From Octopus sinensis (lineage: Eukaryota): a DNA stretch of 64,000 bases. The notes under the pieces are model-generated. The model searched no databases. It had not been told where the DNA came from and saw only the letters and a list, made by a program, of their open reading frames with translations. Each line of letters starts with the position of its first letter. Position 1 is the first letter of the stretch. Below, piece after piece: positions 62,811 through 64,000 of the stretch. The stretch is taken from positions 24,676,001-24,740,000 of the forward strand of contig NC_043014.1 in the NCBI RefSeq assembly GCF_006345805.1, in the 5' to 3' direction. Both the position numbers and the translations under genes were made by a program.

Positions 62811-63528
62811 TCTATATATAAAACTGAAATGCGTTTTTACCGCTTGGATCGCTTTCAATGCCACTACATCCCGTCCGATTCGCTCCCAAATTTACAGGGA
62901 CATGTAGAATGAGGTGACGATGCCCGTGGGCTACCTCAGCTATCCCTATCTTGATAGGTGTGGTTGCTAGGGGCCATCTTCCTCACTCACGCTATTTCCT
63001 CCATTCCCTCTCTTACTCCCCTTCATTTATAACTTTGAGAATTCCACTCCCGTTATTTAATGTATTCCCCTCAACTCCCTTTCACTTTCCCTTTATAAGT
63101 TCGTCAGACGGCTTTCTTTGATGTATCTGTCTGCATTCATAGGGAGAATTATCATCGCTACCAACAACACACAATCATGAGAACAAATATTATGAATCAG
63201 ATATTCATTGCGTTCATTTATATATGTGTGTGTGTGTGTGTGTTCGATATATAAATATGTATATATAAAGTATATATACAAAGTGTATATATCTGTATGT
63301 ATATTAAACTTTTTAATACTTTTTGATAGTTACATATATTTTTAAACAAATTATAAATATAATTTAATAATTTTTATTTTAAATTTAAATAACTTAAATT
63401 TTTCAATTTTATATATTTTCTATATTATATTTTTATTTTTATGTTTTTGTTTTTGTTTTTTTTTGCCTATTAGTGGTTTTATCTCTAATTTAATTTATAC
63501 ATATATATAATTTGTACATATAATGCGT

Positions 63529-63589
<61 letters not shown>

Positions 63590-64000
63590 GTGTGCATTAT
63601 GTGGTCGGTCGGTTCAGCTGAAAATATGCACACCTATGAACCCTTTCGTTACTATATTTCTGACCAAAATACACCCTTTATGTGTTTCAATTAATTTCTA
63701 ACATAATCATAAAGTTAGTCTGGTTTCATTAAACAACTATAACTTTTTTATTTATCAATATATTAATGTGATTTTTGGAAGATAATTGAATGAAATGTTC
63801 TCAACCAATTCTATACTATAATTTTTGTCACAAAGTGACTCTAATTGCAGGTAGATACAGGTAAATTCAACAAAATATAAAATTATTAAAATTTTGTTCA
63901 AACATCCCTATAGAAAATGGGTTATTAGCTAATATTCAATTGGGTATACAACAAAATTTTACGATAGAATTTGTTATTCTGGGTAACTTTCTGATACCCA

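Overview
An AT-rich, repeat-saturated eukaryotic window with no recognisable host gene. The SINE, RTE and microsatellite repertoire looks like an octopus (cephalopod) genome; this is my recognition, not a database result. It holds three Ty3/Gypsy LTR elements (one near full-length with paired LTRs), RTE, R4-like and CR1-like LINE relics, Penelope-like elements (PLEs; one Naiad-type), two Tc1/mariner relics, Helitron-like and MITE-like elements, many SINE copies, an ~800 bp interstitial (CCCTAA)n array, several fold-back palindromes and tandem arrays. The strongest hidden signal is a set of type I hammerhead-ribozyme (HHR) motifs: about eight complete or near-complete copies plus relics. Several have a stem II extended to about 75-100 nt with covarying inner helices and a palindromic stem III, which suggests an HHR-bearing PLE or retrozyme-like family. 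Other notable items are a tandemly amplified GIY-YIG/RNase H chimera, a decayed env-like ORF with a furin-like site and fusion-peptide-like segment, and RT-less zinc-knuckle elements whose 3' tail is shared with a SINE. Coordinates and alignments were read by eye, so ends of decayed elements are approximate.
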